In this document: in pieces, positions 8,244 to 19,471 of the stretch | Layout: the number at the start of each line of letters is the position of its first letter | Position numbering within the stretch: position 1 is the first letter of the stretch | Source of the DNA: Methanobacterium alkalithermotolerans | Lineage (GTDB): Archaea > Methanobacteriota > Methanobacteria > Methanobacteriales > Methanobacteriaceae | DNA length: 24,000 nucleotides | Direction of reading: 5' to 3' | NCBI RefSeq assembly: GCF_018141185.1 | Contig: NZ_CP058560.1 | Location: 903,447 to 927,446 of the forward strand | Notes under the pieces: generated by a model | What the model saw: the letters and a program-made list of their open reading frames with translations, nothing else | Databases searched by the model: none | Told to the model about the DNA's origin: nothing | Position numbers and translations under genes: made by a program

Positions 8244-8873
8244 ATGATAGAAAGTAAAATAAAAGTTCTTAGAAAGGCAGCACAAGTATCTACTGCCCAG
8301 GATTCAGATAAAATATGGTGCGTTATTGCCGGTAATGAAGAAATGGTTAATAATGTAGCATATGCCGCAATATCTGCTAAAGAACGAGTTAAAATAGTTT
8401 TTCGAGAGCATGTTAATTTAAAAGAGTCATTTGTTCGAAAAAAATTTGATTTTATCATGTTACATGGCGACAGCAACATTATAAGAGAATTGAGTTTGAT
8501 TTGTAAAGAAAATGGTGGAGCTTATCTAAAAATAGCCCCATATTACGTTAAAAATGAATCAAATCTAATATTGCTGGTGGCACCAGATAATGCTATAAAA
8601 AAATTTGCAGGAGATGCTGAAAAAGATAATATTAAATTTTCATTTATACTGGAAGATAAAACGACTGGTTTTATAGAAACTGATGTTTCCATAACCAATC
8701 ACCTTCCTAAGCTACTGCGTGATGTGATAGATCCCTTATTCAAACTGACAGATATGGTTCTGTCAACCATACTCATCTCAACTGATGAGCAGTACATTAA
8801 ACAGATAAAAAAAGTTGCTAATTCTAACCAGATATTCGTTGTAGAGTTCAAAGAAATTATTGAGGAGGAGTAA
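8244..8873 (+). CDS. soluble protein of unknown function, translationally coupled to mreB
   Basis: ORF of about 209 aa with no transmembrane segment and no motif I recognise. The ATG at 8244 is preferred over the GTG at 8235. A TATA-like TTTATAA at 8210..8216 is spaced for a near-leaderless transcript. The final codons GAG GAG GAG form the Shine-Dalgarno for the next gene. Confidence 0.6.
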   Translation: MIESKIKVLRKAAQVSTAQDSDKIWCVIAGNEEMVNNVAYAAISAKERVKIVFREHVNLKESFVRKKFDFIMLHGDSNIIRELSLICKENGGAYLKIAPYYVKNESNLILLVAPDNAIKKFAGDAEKDNIKFSFILEDKTTGFIETDVSITNHLPKLLRDVIDPLFKLTDMVLSTILISTDEQYIKQIKKVANSNQIFVVEFKEIIEEE

Positions 8874-8874
8874 T

Positions 8875-9948
8875 ATGTTCTCATTTGGAAAAAAGAAGAA
8901 TAATGAAGAAGTAAGAAAAAAATCGCTTAATGATACTTTAGGAATTGATTTAGGTACTTTAAACACCGTGGTGGCCAAGCCATCAGGGGATAAATTTGAT
9001 TTATATAAAATTCCATCAGTAGTAGCCGTGAAAAAAGAAGACCCGTCCTATGTTCTGGCTGTAGGTGAAGAAGCAAAGATGATGCTGGGCAGAACTCCAG
9101 AAGACATAGTGGCCGTAAGACCACTACGAAAAGGAGTTATTGAGAGCGTAGCTCAGGCAGAAGCCTTGCTGGTCTATTCAATTGAACTGGGATCAGGAGA
9201 AGACAACACAAGTATTGACCGTATAGTAATTGGAATACCCGGAGATGCTTCTGAAGTAGAAAGAAATGCTGTAGAAGAAATTGGTAGAAAAGCTGGAGCC
9301 AGTTATGTACTGGTAATCAGTGAAGGACTTTCAGCTGCTATTGGTGCAGGTTTACCTATTGCAGAAGCTACCGGAACTATGGTTATTGATATTGGGGCCG
9401 GTTCCAGTGATATAGTTGTAATTTCACTAGGGGGAATCACCGACATAGAAACCATCCGCTGGGGTGGAGACGATATTGATGACAATATCGTGGACCAGGT
9501 AAAGGAAAAGTATGAAGTGGAGATAGGTATTCACGAAGCAGAAAAAGCCAAAATAGGGGTGGGAATGGTACATTCCAATATAGATATGGAACTGGATAAA
9601 ACTACAGTTATAGGAAAGTGCATGAAAACCAATAAGCCTAAGGAAGTAGAGATTGACTCCAATATGGTGGCAAATGCTGCAGAGCCAATAGTAGTAAAAA
9701 TTGTTGAAGCATTAGCGGTAGTCCTTGAAAGACTATCCCCTGAATTAATATCCGGAGTATACCAAAAAACGGTGGTTGTAGGTGGAACTTCACAATTAAA
9801 AGGCCTTAAAGAAAGGATTTATGAAGAAGTGGGAATTCCAGTAGAAATATCTGATGACCCTATGACAGTAGTGGCTAAAGGAGCAGCCATTGTAGCTGCA
9901 GAACCCCGTGCATTAGAACCTGAAGTGCGATTGAAAGCCATGAAATAA
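8875..9948 (+). CDS. mreB: actin-fold ATPase, MreB-like rod-shape protein
   Basis: The start is refined to the ATG at 8875; the track's 8860 is a TTG. A GAGGAGGAG Shine-Dalgarno lies upstream, and the upstream stop TAA (8871..8873) is 1 nt before the ATG. Actin/Hsp70-fold motifs: LGIDLGTLNTVVA (phosphate 1), MVIDIGAGSSDIVV (phosphate 2), VVVGGTSQLKGL (adenosine). The size fits MreB. A basic N-terminal extension MFSFGKKKNNEEVRKK is present. Confidence 0.8.
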   Translation: MFSFGKKKNNEEVRKKSLNDTLGIDLGTLNTVVAKPSGDKFDLYKIPSVVAVKKEDPSYVLAVGEEAKMMLGRTPEDIVAVRPLRKGVIESVAQAEALLVYSIELGSGEDNTSIDRIVIGIPGDASEVERNAVEEIGRKAGASYVLVISEGLSAAIGAGLPIAEATGTMVIDIGAGSSDIVVISLGGITDIETIRWGGDDIDDNIVDQVKEKYEVEIGIHEAEKAKIGVGMVHSNIDMELDKTTVIGKCMKTNKPKEVEIDSNMVANAAEPIVVKIVEALAVVLERLSPELISGVYQKTVVVGGTSQLKGLKERIYEEVGIPVEISDDPMTVVAKGAAIVAAEPRALEPEVRLKAMK

Positions 9949-9961
9949 TTCCTTTTCTAAA

Positions 9962-9991
9962 TTTTTTATTTTTTTTATTTAAGTTTTTTTT
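9962..9991 (+). terminator. oligo-T archaeal termination signals after mreB
   Basis: Three T runs (T6 at 9962..9967, T8 at 9969..9976, T8 at 9984..9991) start 14 nt after the mreB stop. Confidence 0.5.
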
Positions 9992-10061
9992 ATTATTATT
10001 GAAGATTAAATTAAAATTTTAAAATCCTGCTATAATTAAAGAAATAATTTGAGATACTAAC

Positions 10062-10688
10062 ATGAAAATATTAGGCATTGATGAAGCCGGGCGTGGACCA
10101 GTTATAGGTCCTTTAGTAGTCTGTGGAGTTCTAGTTTCTGAAGATCAGTTGGAACTTATGGAAAAAATGGGCATTAAAGATTCCAAAAAAGTAGCTCCAA
10201 AAAAAAGAAATCTCCTGGCCCGTAAGATAAAAAAAATTGCAGAGTGCTTTGTGGTAAAAATTTCTGCCAGGGATATTGATAATATGCGGGCAAAGGACAT
10301 AAACCTCAATGAGATTGAAAAAATTGCCATGATGAAGATTATAAAAGAATCCCAGGCACAGTCAGTGATTATTGATTCAGTAGATGTAAATCCTTCCAGA
10401 TTATGTAGTGAAATTAGTGAAGTATTAGGCCCGGAGATTGACATTAAGGCAGAACATGGGGCAGACGATAATTATGTGGTGGTAGCAGCTGCCTCAATTG
10501 TGGCCAAGGTGGAAAGGGATATGGAAATAGAGAAATTAAGTCGCCAATATAGAAAATTAGGCAACCTAGGATCTGGGTATCCCAGTGACCCCCGTACCAA
10601 AGCCTTTTTAAAAAATTTTAAATACGACAATATGCCGGAATTTGTACGTAAGTCCTGGGCAACTGTAAAGAAAATGAAGGACAATTAA
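10062..10688 (+). CDS. rnhB: ribonuclease HII
   Basis: 208-aa ORF with N-terminal ILGIDEAGRGPVIGPLVV and DSKK motifs characteristic of RNase HII. Confidence 0.9.
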   Translation: MKILGIDEAGRGPVIGPLVVCGVLVSEDQLELMEKMGIKDSKKVAPKKRNLLARKIKKIAECFVVKISARDIDNMRAKDINLNEIEKIAMMKIIKESQAQSVIIDSVDVNPSRLCSEISEVLGPEIDIKAEHGADDNYVVVAAASIVAKVERDMEIEKLSRQYRKLGNLGSGYPSDPRTKAFLKNFKYDNMPEFVRKSWATVKKMKDN

Positions 10689-10883
10689 AAAATTGTAAAA
10701 ATTAGAAGATTAATAAGGACCCCCTTAATTTTATGAACTTATGTTTATCTAAAAACACATTCTATGAAAGTATTTAAATAGAGACCTCTAATCAAATGTT
10801 AGGAGCAGATAAGTTTATAAGATAATAACCCAATATGATTTGAATTAAATTAAATACAATTTCTAATAATAAAAGATGATAAA

Positions 10884-11723
10884 ATGATTCTGGATTTTTT
10901 TACCAATACACTGGGAACTATCCTGGAAATGTTTAAAAGTGGAGGCATAATCACCTACCTCATTGCTATAGTAGGTATATATGGTGTATTTACCTCACTG
11001 GAAAAAATTGTTTATTTAAAAAAAATATCAAGAGTAAATACTGCTCAGATAATTGGAACCGTTAATGATTCTATGGAAAAAGGAGGGTCACTTGAGGCAC
11101 TAAGAGCCATCGGCCAATTCCAGAACCCTATATCCAAGATTATTTCTGAAGCCCTTAAAATTGGATACCGGAATAAGGGTGAAGTGGAAGATGCTATGGA
11201 AAGGGTATTCATCGTGGAAATGGGTAGGATGACCAAGGGCATGGAAACCCTGAAAACCATTATTGAAATAGCTCCCCTGATGGGTTTGATTGGTACAGTT
11301 ATTGGTATGTTTTATACCTTCCGGGAAATTGGAATGAGTGCCGAACCTGCTGCCCTGGCTGAAGGGATTTACATCGCATTAATAACCACCATTATGGGTT
11401 TAAGTGTAGCCATTGTACTGGTACCCTTCTATTCATATATAAAAAGCCATATTGATAAAGAAATGGACAGCATTGAACTTGCCAAAAAAATGACTAACTG
11501 GAGCTATGCTGTAATGAAAATAAAGGTGGATGCAGATCTTGAAGAGGCTATAGAGGCCTTACAGGTATCAGAAGGGATTGTTAATGTAAAAAAGATAAAT
11601 GATCCTGAGGCTAATATCTGGGTGGCCTTCAAACCCAGTATGCTGGAAAAGAGTATTAACAATATCATACTGGAAAAATGCAATACTAATGCCGAAATTG
11701 TGATGAGTAAACTCAAGCAGTAA
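10884..11723 (+). CDS. MotA/TolQ/ExbB-family proton-channel protein with an extra C-terminal soluble domain
   Basis: 279-aa ORF with three transmembrane helices. The family signature is IEIAPLMGLIGTVIGM followed by ALITTIMGLSVAI. About 75 additional C-terminal residues (11496..11720) show an alternating beta/alpha pattern. Confidence 0.8.
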   Translation: MILDFFTNTLGTILEMFKSGGIITYLIAIVGIYGVFTSLEKIVYLKKISRVNTAQIIGTVNDSMEKGGSLEALRAIGQFQNPISKIISEALKIGYRNKGEVEDAMERVFIVEMGRMTKGMETLKTIIEIAPLMGLIGTVIGMFYTFREIGMSAEPAALAEGIYIALITTIMGLSVAIVLVPFYSYIKSHIDKEMDSIELAKKMTNWSYAVMKIKVDADLEEAIEALQVSEGIVNVKKINDPEANIWVAFKPSMLEKSINNIILEKCNTNAEIVMSKLKQ

Positions 11724-11787
11724 AACATCCACTATCCCGGCATTAAAATAGAAACTTTCCTAAAATAAATAAAAAAGGGTTTTTTAC

Positions 11788-12183
11788 ATGACTATGGATA
11801 TACAAAAATACCGTAATCAACTAAACAGTAGTAGCCCTAAATTTAATATGGTTCCTTTCATTGACATTCTTTTTACCATATTAATCTTTTTAGTGGTTAC
11901 CAGTACATTTCAGGTTGCGGATCAATCAGCGGCAGTTACCGGTAAACCAGAAATAGATGAAAATGCAGGTCCATCTGAATATTATTTAATACCGGTGGCG
12001 GGTTTAAGAGAAGTACTAGTTAATGGGGAAGATATGTCCCGTTTTATTAGAAATAGTGCGATTGCAGTGCATACCCGGGTGATTGATGAAGGTGAGCTTA
12101 TTATAAAACCCAAGGAGGGTAAAATAATAATTACATCCCCACCAGACCTGCCTACAAATAAAGCAGTTAAATCTCCAGAATAG
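11788..12183 (+). CDS. ExbD/TolR-family protein
   Basis: 131-aa ORF. The N-terminal FNMVPFIDILFTILIFLVVTSTF single transmembrane helix is typical of ExbD/TolR. It lies 64 nt downstream of the ExbB-like gene, with an AAGGG ribosome-binding site. Confidence 0.75.
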   Translation: MTMDIQKYRNQLNSSSPKFNMVPFIDILFTILIFLVVTSTFQVADQSAAVTGKPEIDENAGPSEYYLIPVAGLREVLVNGEDMSRFIRNSAIAVHTRVIDEGELIIKPKEGKIIITSPPDLPTNKAVKSPE

Positions 12184-12239
12184 TTTAAAAAAATAATTCC
12201 CGGAAAAAGGAATATTATTCGAATTATCAGGTGAAAAAG

Positions 12240-12842
12240 ATGTATCTTGGAAGAATATTAGCATTAGGAAGTAATGAAAATGGAACATTTGTAGCCTACC
12301 GGGTTTCCAGCAGATCTTTTCCAAATAGAATGGCTAAAGAATTTGAAGGAAGTGCTGCCATCATTCCGAAAGAAGGCTATGAAAAAGACATATTTGAAAG
12401 TCCTTACATTGCCTACAACTGTATTAAAATTGTGGATGATGTGGCCGTGGTATCCAATGGATCCCACACGGACGTAATAGCTGATAAAATATCTTTAGGG
12501 ATGAATATAAGGGATGCTATTGCACTTTCTCTTCTGGCCATGGATTATGAAAAGGATGATTATAATACTCCCCGAATTGCAGGGGCAATTAAAAAGGAGG
12601 GAGAAGGCTTTATTGGAATCGTGACTCACCAGGGCATATTGGTGGAAAAAATTCCTGCCGGTGAAGTAAGATACATTTCAACCTACGAACACATCGCCCC
12701 TCAAAAAGTACAATTTGAAGCAAAAAATTCTAAAGAGGCGGCAGAATTTATAATGAACCAGGGAAAATTTGAAGAATTCAGTAATGAAGTTACCTCAGCC
12801 GCTGCTTTTGCTGGTGCTAACTGGGAATTAAGCACCATCTAG
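12240..12842 (+). CDS. purO: archaeal IMP cyclohydrolase
   Basis: The ATG at 12240 has a GGTGA Shine-Dalgarno; the track start at 12231 is a GTG. The N-terminus [27 protein letters not shown] matches the PurO family signature as I remember it. Confidence 0.85.
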   Translation: MYLGRILALGSNENGTFVAYRVSSRSFPNRMAKEFEGSAAIIPKEGYEKDIFESPYIAYNCIKIVDDVAVVSNGSHTDVIADKISLGMNIRDAIALSLLAMDYEKDDYNTPRIAGAIKKEGEGFIGIVTHQGILVEKIPAGEVRYISTYEHIAPQKVQFEAKNSKEAAEFIMNQGKFEEFSNEVTSAAAFAGANWELSTI

Positions 12843-12985
12843 TATTTATCTAAAATTAAAAATAGCCTCTTAATCCTTTTAAATTCTAAAAATCCAGCGA
12901 ATAAATCTAATTAATTAAGAATAAATAAATTTATTATATTTTTATTTTGAAACACAAATTTTGCCAGTTTTATATGGGTGGGTTA

Positions 12986-13750
12986 ATGAAAATAGAATTA
13001 ATTGGTCTTGAAAATTTACCTTTAGTAAAAAAAGATGATGATTTATCATCTTTAATTGTAGATGTTGCCTTTAATCAGGGACTGAAGTGGAAAGATGGGG
13101 ATATTATTGTTATAGCAGAAACCATTATATCCAAAGCAGAGGGAAATTATATAAACCTGGATTCAATTAAACCCGGTAAAAAAGCAAATCATCTGGCCCA
13201 AAAAACTGGTAAAAGTCCAGAATTAATGGAAGCTATATTAAACCATTCCCGAGAAATAGTAAAAGTAGGAAATGATTTTATAGTAACTGAAACCAATCAT
13301 GGATTTATTTGTGCAAATGCCGGAATAGATGAATCCAATGTTGAAAAAGGTTGGGCTACTCCTTTACCCCTCCATCCAGATAAAAGTGCCAAAAATCTAA
13401 GAAAAAATATAGAATTAAAAATTGGCAAACAATTAGCAGTTATTATTTCTGATACCCAGGGAAGGCCCTTCCGGGAAGGTGCTGTGGGAGTGGCCATTGG
13501 AAGTTCCGGGATAAAAACTATCTGGAATCGGAAAGGTGAGATTGATCTTTATGGGCGTAAATTAGAAACAACTCAAATCGCAGTTGCCGATGAATTAGCA
13601 GCCTCAGCCTCATTAATAATGGGCCAGGCTGATGAAGGTATGCCAGTAGTGGTTGTAAGGGGTTACTCTAGTTTTGAAATTCTAAAAGATCCTGAATCTG
13701 GAGCTCAAGATCTAATCCGACCTAAAAAATATGATGCATTCCGCCAATAA
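12986..13750 (+). CDS. cofE: coenzyme F420:L-glutamate ligase
   Basis: [12 protein letters not shown] and [10 protein letters not shown] motifs of the CofE family. The start is probably the ATG at 12986 (GGTGGG upstream). The track start at 12947 is a TTG, and an ATG at 12974 is also possible. Confidence 0.85.
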   Translation: MKIELIGLENLPLVKKDDDLSSLIVDVAFNQGLKWKDGDIIVIAETIISKAEGNYINLDSIKPGKKANHLAQKTGKSPELMEAILNHSREIVKVGNDFIVTETNHGFICANAGIDESNVEKGWATPLPLHPDKSAKNLRKNIELKIGKQLAVIISDTQGRPFREGAVGVAIGSSGIKTIWNRKGEIDLYGRKLETTQIAVADELAASASLIMGQADEGMPVVVVRGYSSFEILKDPESGAQDLIRPKKYDAFRQ

Positions 13751-13860
13751 AAATAATTTAGATAATACCAGTTTAATTTGCCTCCATCCATATCAAATAT
13801 TTTTTTAGAATAAGGCTTGTTAATCACAAAGTATATTTAAATCTTTAGATGAGAGTTATT

Positions 13861-14760
13861 ATGATCACAGTACTTTCTGGTGGTACCGGAACCCCCAAAT
13901 TAATTCAGGGTATAAAAAAAATAGTTGATCCGGAAAAGATTAATGTGGTAGTAAATACGGTGGAAAACGATTATTTTTCAGGAGTTTATGTTGCTCCTGA
14001 TATCGATACCGTGCTTTATACCCTGGCAGATATCATAAATGAAGATACCTGGTATGGGATTAAAGACGATACATTCATAACCCACCATAAGTTAAGTGAA
14101 TTGGGAACACCAGAACTCTTAAAAATTGGGGATAAAGATCGGGCTTTTAAAATACAAAAAACTAATTTAATGGAAAAGTACGATTTATCCAAAGTTGTTG
14201 ATATTCAAAGAAGTAGGTTGGGTATAGCTTCCCGGGTTATTCCCATGAGTAATCAGCAGTCCCGGATAAAAATTATCACTCCCTCCAGGGAAATTAGTTT
14301 TCATCAATTTTTAGTTCAGGAACAGGGAAAAAGTCCTGTAAAAGATGTAGTTTACAATCAGGTGGAACCTGTACCTGAGCTGGTGGAAAGTATAGAAAAT
14401 TCAGAAATAGTGATTATTGGGCCTTCTAATCCTGTAAGTTCGATTGGGCCAATAATATCTTTAAAAGGAGTTAAAAAAGCTTTGAAAAATAATTATGTTG
14501 TGGGAGTATCCCCCATAATTGGAAATAATCCAGTAAGTGGGCCTGCAGCTAAATTTATGGAAGCTCTTGGTTATGAAGTATCGTCCTGGGGAGTCAGTAC
14601 CATTTATTCTGATTTTTTAGATAAATTTATTATTGATGAACAAGACGCTGCTTTAAAAACTAAAATAGAAAAACTAATTAAAGAGGTTATAATAACAAAA
14701 ACCAAGATGCGTAACATAGGGGATAAAATAATGTTAGCCAAAGTAATTTTGGGTGAATAA
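13861..14760 (+). CDS. cofD: 2-phospho-L-lactate transferase
   Basis: The N-terminal [16 protein letters not shown] motif marks the CofD family. The ATG at 13861 gives the family-typical N-terminus, and a TATA-like ATATTTAAA (13833..13841) is spaced for a leaderless mRNA. The ATG at 13849 cannot be excluded. Confidence 0.85.
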   Translation: MITVLSGGTGTPKLIQGIKKIVDPEKINVVVNTVENDYFSGVYVAPDIDTVLYTLADIINEDTWYGIKDDTFITHHKLSELGTPELLKIGDKDRAFKIQKTNLMEKYDLSKVVDIQRSRLGIASRVIPMSNQQSRIKIITPSREISFHQFLVQEQGKSPVKDVVYNQVEPVPELVESIENSEIVIIGPSNPVSSIGPIISLKGVKKALKNNYVVGVSPIIGNNPVSGPAAKFMEALGYEVSSWGVSTIYSDFLDKFIIDEQDAALKTKIEKLIKEVIITKTKMRNIGDKIMLAKVILGE

Positions 14761-14762
14761 AT

Positions 14763-15518
14763 ATGATACAGATGACTCTAATTCAAATTGATAATTACGG
14801 GCCCTGGACAGTTACTCCAGCTCCAAGGACCGAATCCGATCTACAAATTCTACAGGCAGAACTTTATGCAGATTTGCAGAGGCAGTTTGCTGCCAAGCAG
14901 GGACTGGTTTTTTTCACCCGATTTGACAATATGCTGGCTGTAACCAATAACAGTGATGTGGAAGACCACCTCCGAATTCAAAGATCCATAAGGAACAGAT
15001 ACCCTATAACTGTCAGTATGGGAGTAGGAGCGGCTGAAACACCCTATGATGCACAAAGAAATGCTTCTAAAGCCCTTCAAAATTATGGTGGTGCCCAATC
15101 TGAGGATAGAAGTGAAATCCTGGCTGTTGATGGTCTGGTTAATAAAGAAGAAAGTTTTGTACAGTTAGCCCATATTGATATTAATGGTATTACCGAATCC
15201 CTGACAGACATAGTCCCTGCTTATGATACTTCTTTTATTGTTAATAGAGTACAGCATTTTTTAATGAAAAAGTTAATTGAAAAAGGGTCATTGCTATTTT
15301 TCATTGGGGGAGACAACTTCATGTCCCCCTGCAATGGACTTGAACCAGAGGGTTTACTTAAAATTATTGAAGAAATCGAAGCAGAGATAAATGTGGCTTT
15401 AAAAGCAGGTATAGGAAAAGCCCCTACAGCTGAAAAAGCAGCTAATCTAGCTGATTTAGCTTTAGAAGAAATTCGTGATGGCTTTACTTATGATCTGGTT
15501 CATGTGATGAAAGAATGA
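14763..15518 (+). CDS. gch3: GTP cyclohydrolase III
   Basis: [33 protein letters not shown] and LKAGIGK match the MJ0145-type GTP cyclohydrolase III as I recall it. The start is 2 nt after the cofD stop. Confidence 0.85.
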   Translation: MIQMTLIQIDNYGPWTVTPAPRTESDLQILQAELYADLQRQFAAKQGLVFFTRFDNMLAVTNNSDVEDHLRIQRSIRNRYPITVSMGVGAAETPYDAQRNASKALQNYGGAQSEDRSEILAVDGLVNKEESFVQLAHIDINGITESLTDIVPAYDTSFIVNRVQHFLMKKLIEKGSLLFFIGGDNFMSPCNGLEPEGLLKIIEEIEAEINVALKAGIGKAPTAEKAANLADLALEEIRDGFTYDLVHVMKE

Positions 15519-15578
15519 ACATTTTTCTATTTTTCAAAAAAAAGTCTAAGATTAAATAATTCCTTAAAATTTATTTTT

Positions 15579-16331
15579 GTGAGTGTGAGTTTTATTAAAG
15601 TACTTGCTCCTATGGCTGGAATAACCAATGCGGATTTCTGTTTAAAACTTATCCCCTGTGGATTTGATATGGTGACACTAGGAGGATACAATGCAGATAA
15701 ACCCACCATCCATGCTGGGAAAAAAATAATGGAAAGGGGAAGGCTGGAATTCGATATATCTGAAGGGGAATTAATAGACAAGATTAAAAAAGAAGCCGAT
15801 GAAATTAAAGAAAATTGGGATGGTAAATTATCAGTTAATATTCGTTCCCTTACCCCGGATCCAATAATTGAAATATCTAAATTAAAGAAGGTGGATGTGG
15901 TGGAAATAAATGCCCATTGCCGTCAAAAAGAAATAACATCCATTGGCTGTGGACAGGCTTTACTTAGCAATCCCGATTTTATGGAAGAATTTGTCTTGCA
16001 GGTGGTAAAAAAAGCTAAAAGCAAAGTTTCTGTTAAGATAAGAGCCCATGTACCCGGGGTAGATGAGTTGAAAATAGTAAATATTATAGAAAATACCGGG
16101 GCAGATTTTATCCATGTGGATGCCATGAAACCAGGATATAAAGAAGCAGATCTGGATTTAATCACAAGAATCAAAGATAGATGTTCTATTTTTATAATTG
16201 GCAATAACTCCATAACTGATTTAGATTCTGCCCAAAAAATGATTGATTCCGGTGCCCAGGGGATATCCATTGCCCGGGCAGCCATGGCAGGTAAATTGAA
16301 TTTTGATTTGTCAAAAATTAGATTAAGTTAA
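15579..16331 (+). CDS. NifR3/dihydrouridine-synthase-related TIM-barrel protein (archaeal subgroup), function unknown
   Basis: 250-aa ORF with a GTG start. The N-terminal [12 protein letters not shown] resembles the Dus-family LAPMAGVTD motif. An alternating beta/alpha pattern and GISIARAA near the C-terminus fit a TIM barrel. Confidence 0.6.
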   Translation: MSVSFIKVLAPMAGITNADFCLKLIPCGFDMVTLGGYNADKPTIHAGKKIMERGRLEFDISEGELIDKIKKEADEIKENWDGKLSVNIRSLTPDPIIEISKLKKVDVVEINAHCRQKEITSIGCGQALLSNPDFMEEFVLQVVKKAKSKVSVKIRAHVPGVDELKIVNIIENTGADFIHVDAMKPGYKEADLDLITRIKDRCSIFIIGNNSITDLDSAQKMIDSGAQGISIARAAMAGKLNFDLSKIRLS

Positions 16332-16340
16332 TTTTTTTTT
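16332..16340 (+). terminator. oligo-T termination signal
   Basis: A T9 run immediately follows the TAA stop (16329..16331). Confidence 0.45.
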
Positions 16341-16584
16341 AGTTGAAAATTATTTTCAGGAAAAATTAGAATGATAGCTTAAAAAAATTCTAAGTAAAAA
16401 AAATAAAATTTAATAAGCTATTGCATATTATAGTTATATTAATTATAATTAATTGTCAAAATCGAAGTGTGATTATATTTAATTATAAAAATTTAAGCTG
16501 CATAAAATAATTATATTAATAATAATTGTATGTGCAGAATTAATAAATAGTATTTGATAATAAATATTTTTAAAAGGTGGTTCA

Positions 16585-18186
<1,602 letters not shown>

Positions 18187-18187
18187 A

Positions 18188-18196
18188 TTTTTTTTT
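18188..18196 (+). terminator. oligo-T termination signal after atwA
   Basis: A T9 run starts 2 nt after the stop codon. Confidence 0.45.
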
Positions 18197-18312
18197 ATTC
18201 TATTATTTATTTAATTTTCTAATCTTTTTCTTAAATTTATATATTTTAATAACCAAACTAAAAAAATCAATTAAATTTAATTATTTAAATCAAGATAATG
18301 GAGGATTTTTAT

Positions 18313-18786
18313 ATGGAATGGGAAGATGCACCATCACACGTATGTCGCGGAGGAGATAAAAGAGCACTTGCTTTTTGTTGTCCTCCTGTGAAACCTTGCC
18401 CTATATTACACGCTTTAGAAGATTCTAATCGTACACCACAGGAATATATAAAAATAAAAGAGGAATTCGGGAAAAAAACAGCATTGGGACAGGGAGAAGG
18501 AACCTGTTTCGGGTCTTTAGTCTGGTGTTGTAAACCATCTAAACCCTGCCCCTTAAGGGATATGGTTATGCGCCGAATTGACATGAGTACTGACCAATAC
18601 ATGAAACTGAAAAAAGAATTATCAGAAGAATTGGTAGGTAAAGATGATTATTCCGATGAAGAAAGTATTAAAGCCCTTTCAGATACATTTAATGTTTCAG
18701 AGGGAGAAGCAAGTAACATTCTAAAGGAATGTGGCAATGATTTAAGAACCGCCATGAAAGTCTTAAGAATGAAGAATCTGGAATAA
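18313..18786 (+). CDS. duplicated Cys-rich (C-x(6,10)-CC-x-P-x-KPCP) protein with a C-terminal UBA/NAC-like helical domain
   Basis: The ATG at 18313 has a GGAGG 8 nt upstream; the track's ATG at 18298 overlaps that Shine-Dalgarno. Two internal repeats are present: [33 protein letters not shown] and [34 protein letters not shown]. The tail [36 protein letters not shown] follows the UBA pattern of archaeal NAC. Confidence 0.7.
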   Translation: MEWEDAPSHVCRGGDKRALAFCCPPVKPCPILHALEDSNRTPQEYIKIKEEFGKKTALGQGEGTCFGSLVWCCKPSKPCPLRDMVMRRIDMSTDQYMKLKKELSEELVGKDDYSDEESIKALSDTFNVSEGEASNILKECGNDLRTAMKVLRMKNLE

Positions 18787-18811
18787 TTATTAATTTCTGG
18801 AGTTAATTTTT

Positions 18812-19450
18812 ATGGGCTGGACTTCGCTTTTTCTGAATATGGAAAAAAAGAAAGTTTTAATCGTTGGATCAGGCGAAGTAGGCCAAAGAAGAGCACTTAA
18901 ATTTCTTGATGCTCATTCAAAAGTGATTATAACTGGGGGAACCGTCCCTGAAAAACTATTGAAGTTAGGTGCCATTGAAAAGCCAGTTAATGAAATAGAA
19001 AAATGGATTAAATGGGCAGATCTGGTGGTAGTAGCTAGCGGCGATAATGAATTAAATAACAAGGCAGCTTTACTTGGTAAAGATAAACTTTTAAACCGGG
19101 CTGACTATCCTTTAGAAGGCAATGTTATAGTTCCCACCAGCTTTTTTTTGGGAGATGCTCAAATATCAATTTTTACAGGTGGAAAAAGTCCTTTAATGGC
19201 CAGAATACTTAGAAAAAAAATTCAAGAAGCTATTAAAGATGAGGATCTACTTCAAATTGAATTACAACACTATGCACGGCAATTACTTAAGGATAAAATA
19301 AGTGATCAAAAAAAAAGAAGAATTCATCTCTACCAAATATTAAATAACCCAGATATAATTAAATTATTAAATGAAGGCAAACTGAAAGAGGCTAAATCTC
19401 AAGTAAGGGAATATTTAACTAAAATTAATGGAACAACCCATGGTTTCTAA
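18812..19450 (+). CDS. sirC: precorrin-2 dehydrogenase / sirohydrochlorin ferrochelatase-like (siroheme synthase N-terminal type)
   Basis: The Rossmann motif [20 protein letters not shown] is preceded by the family-typical L.L.. lead-in. A GGAG Shine-Dalgarno lies 9 nt before the ATG at 18812. The gene is adjacent to hemA. Confidence 0.75.
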   Translation: MGWTSLFLNMEKKKVLIVGSGEVGQRRALKFLDAHSKVIITGGTVPEKLLKLGAIEKPVNEIEKWIKWADLVVVASGDNELNNKAALLGKDKLLNRADYPLEGNVIVPTSFFLGDAQISIFTGGKSPLMARILRKKIQEAIKDEDLLQIELQHYARQLLKDKISDQKKRRIHLYQILNNPDIIKLLNEGKLKEAKSQVREYLTKINGTTHGF

Positions 19451-19471
19451 TTATAATAAGGAGGGAAGTTC

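Noticed and set aside
8156-8479. 107-aa minus-strand ORF overlapping the 5' end of the unknown plus-strand gene and the AT-rich spacer.
   Set aside because: It has an implausible composition and no ribosome-binding site. It overlaps a better-supported gene that is translationally coupled to mreB.
15923-16285. 120-aa antisense ORF inside the TIM-barrel gene. The same applies to the other 60-100-aa antisense ORFs in the track (e.g. 11..238, 1398..1625, 10145..10444, 12016..12324, 18309..18602).
   Set aside because: All lie wholly within longer ORFs that carry recognisable family motifs on the opposite strand, and none has its own motif or ribosome-binding site.
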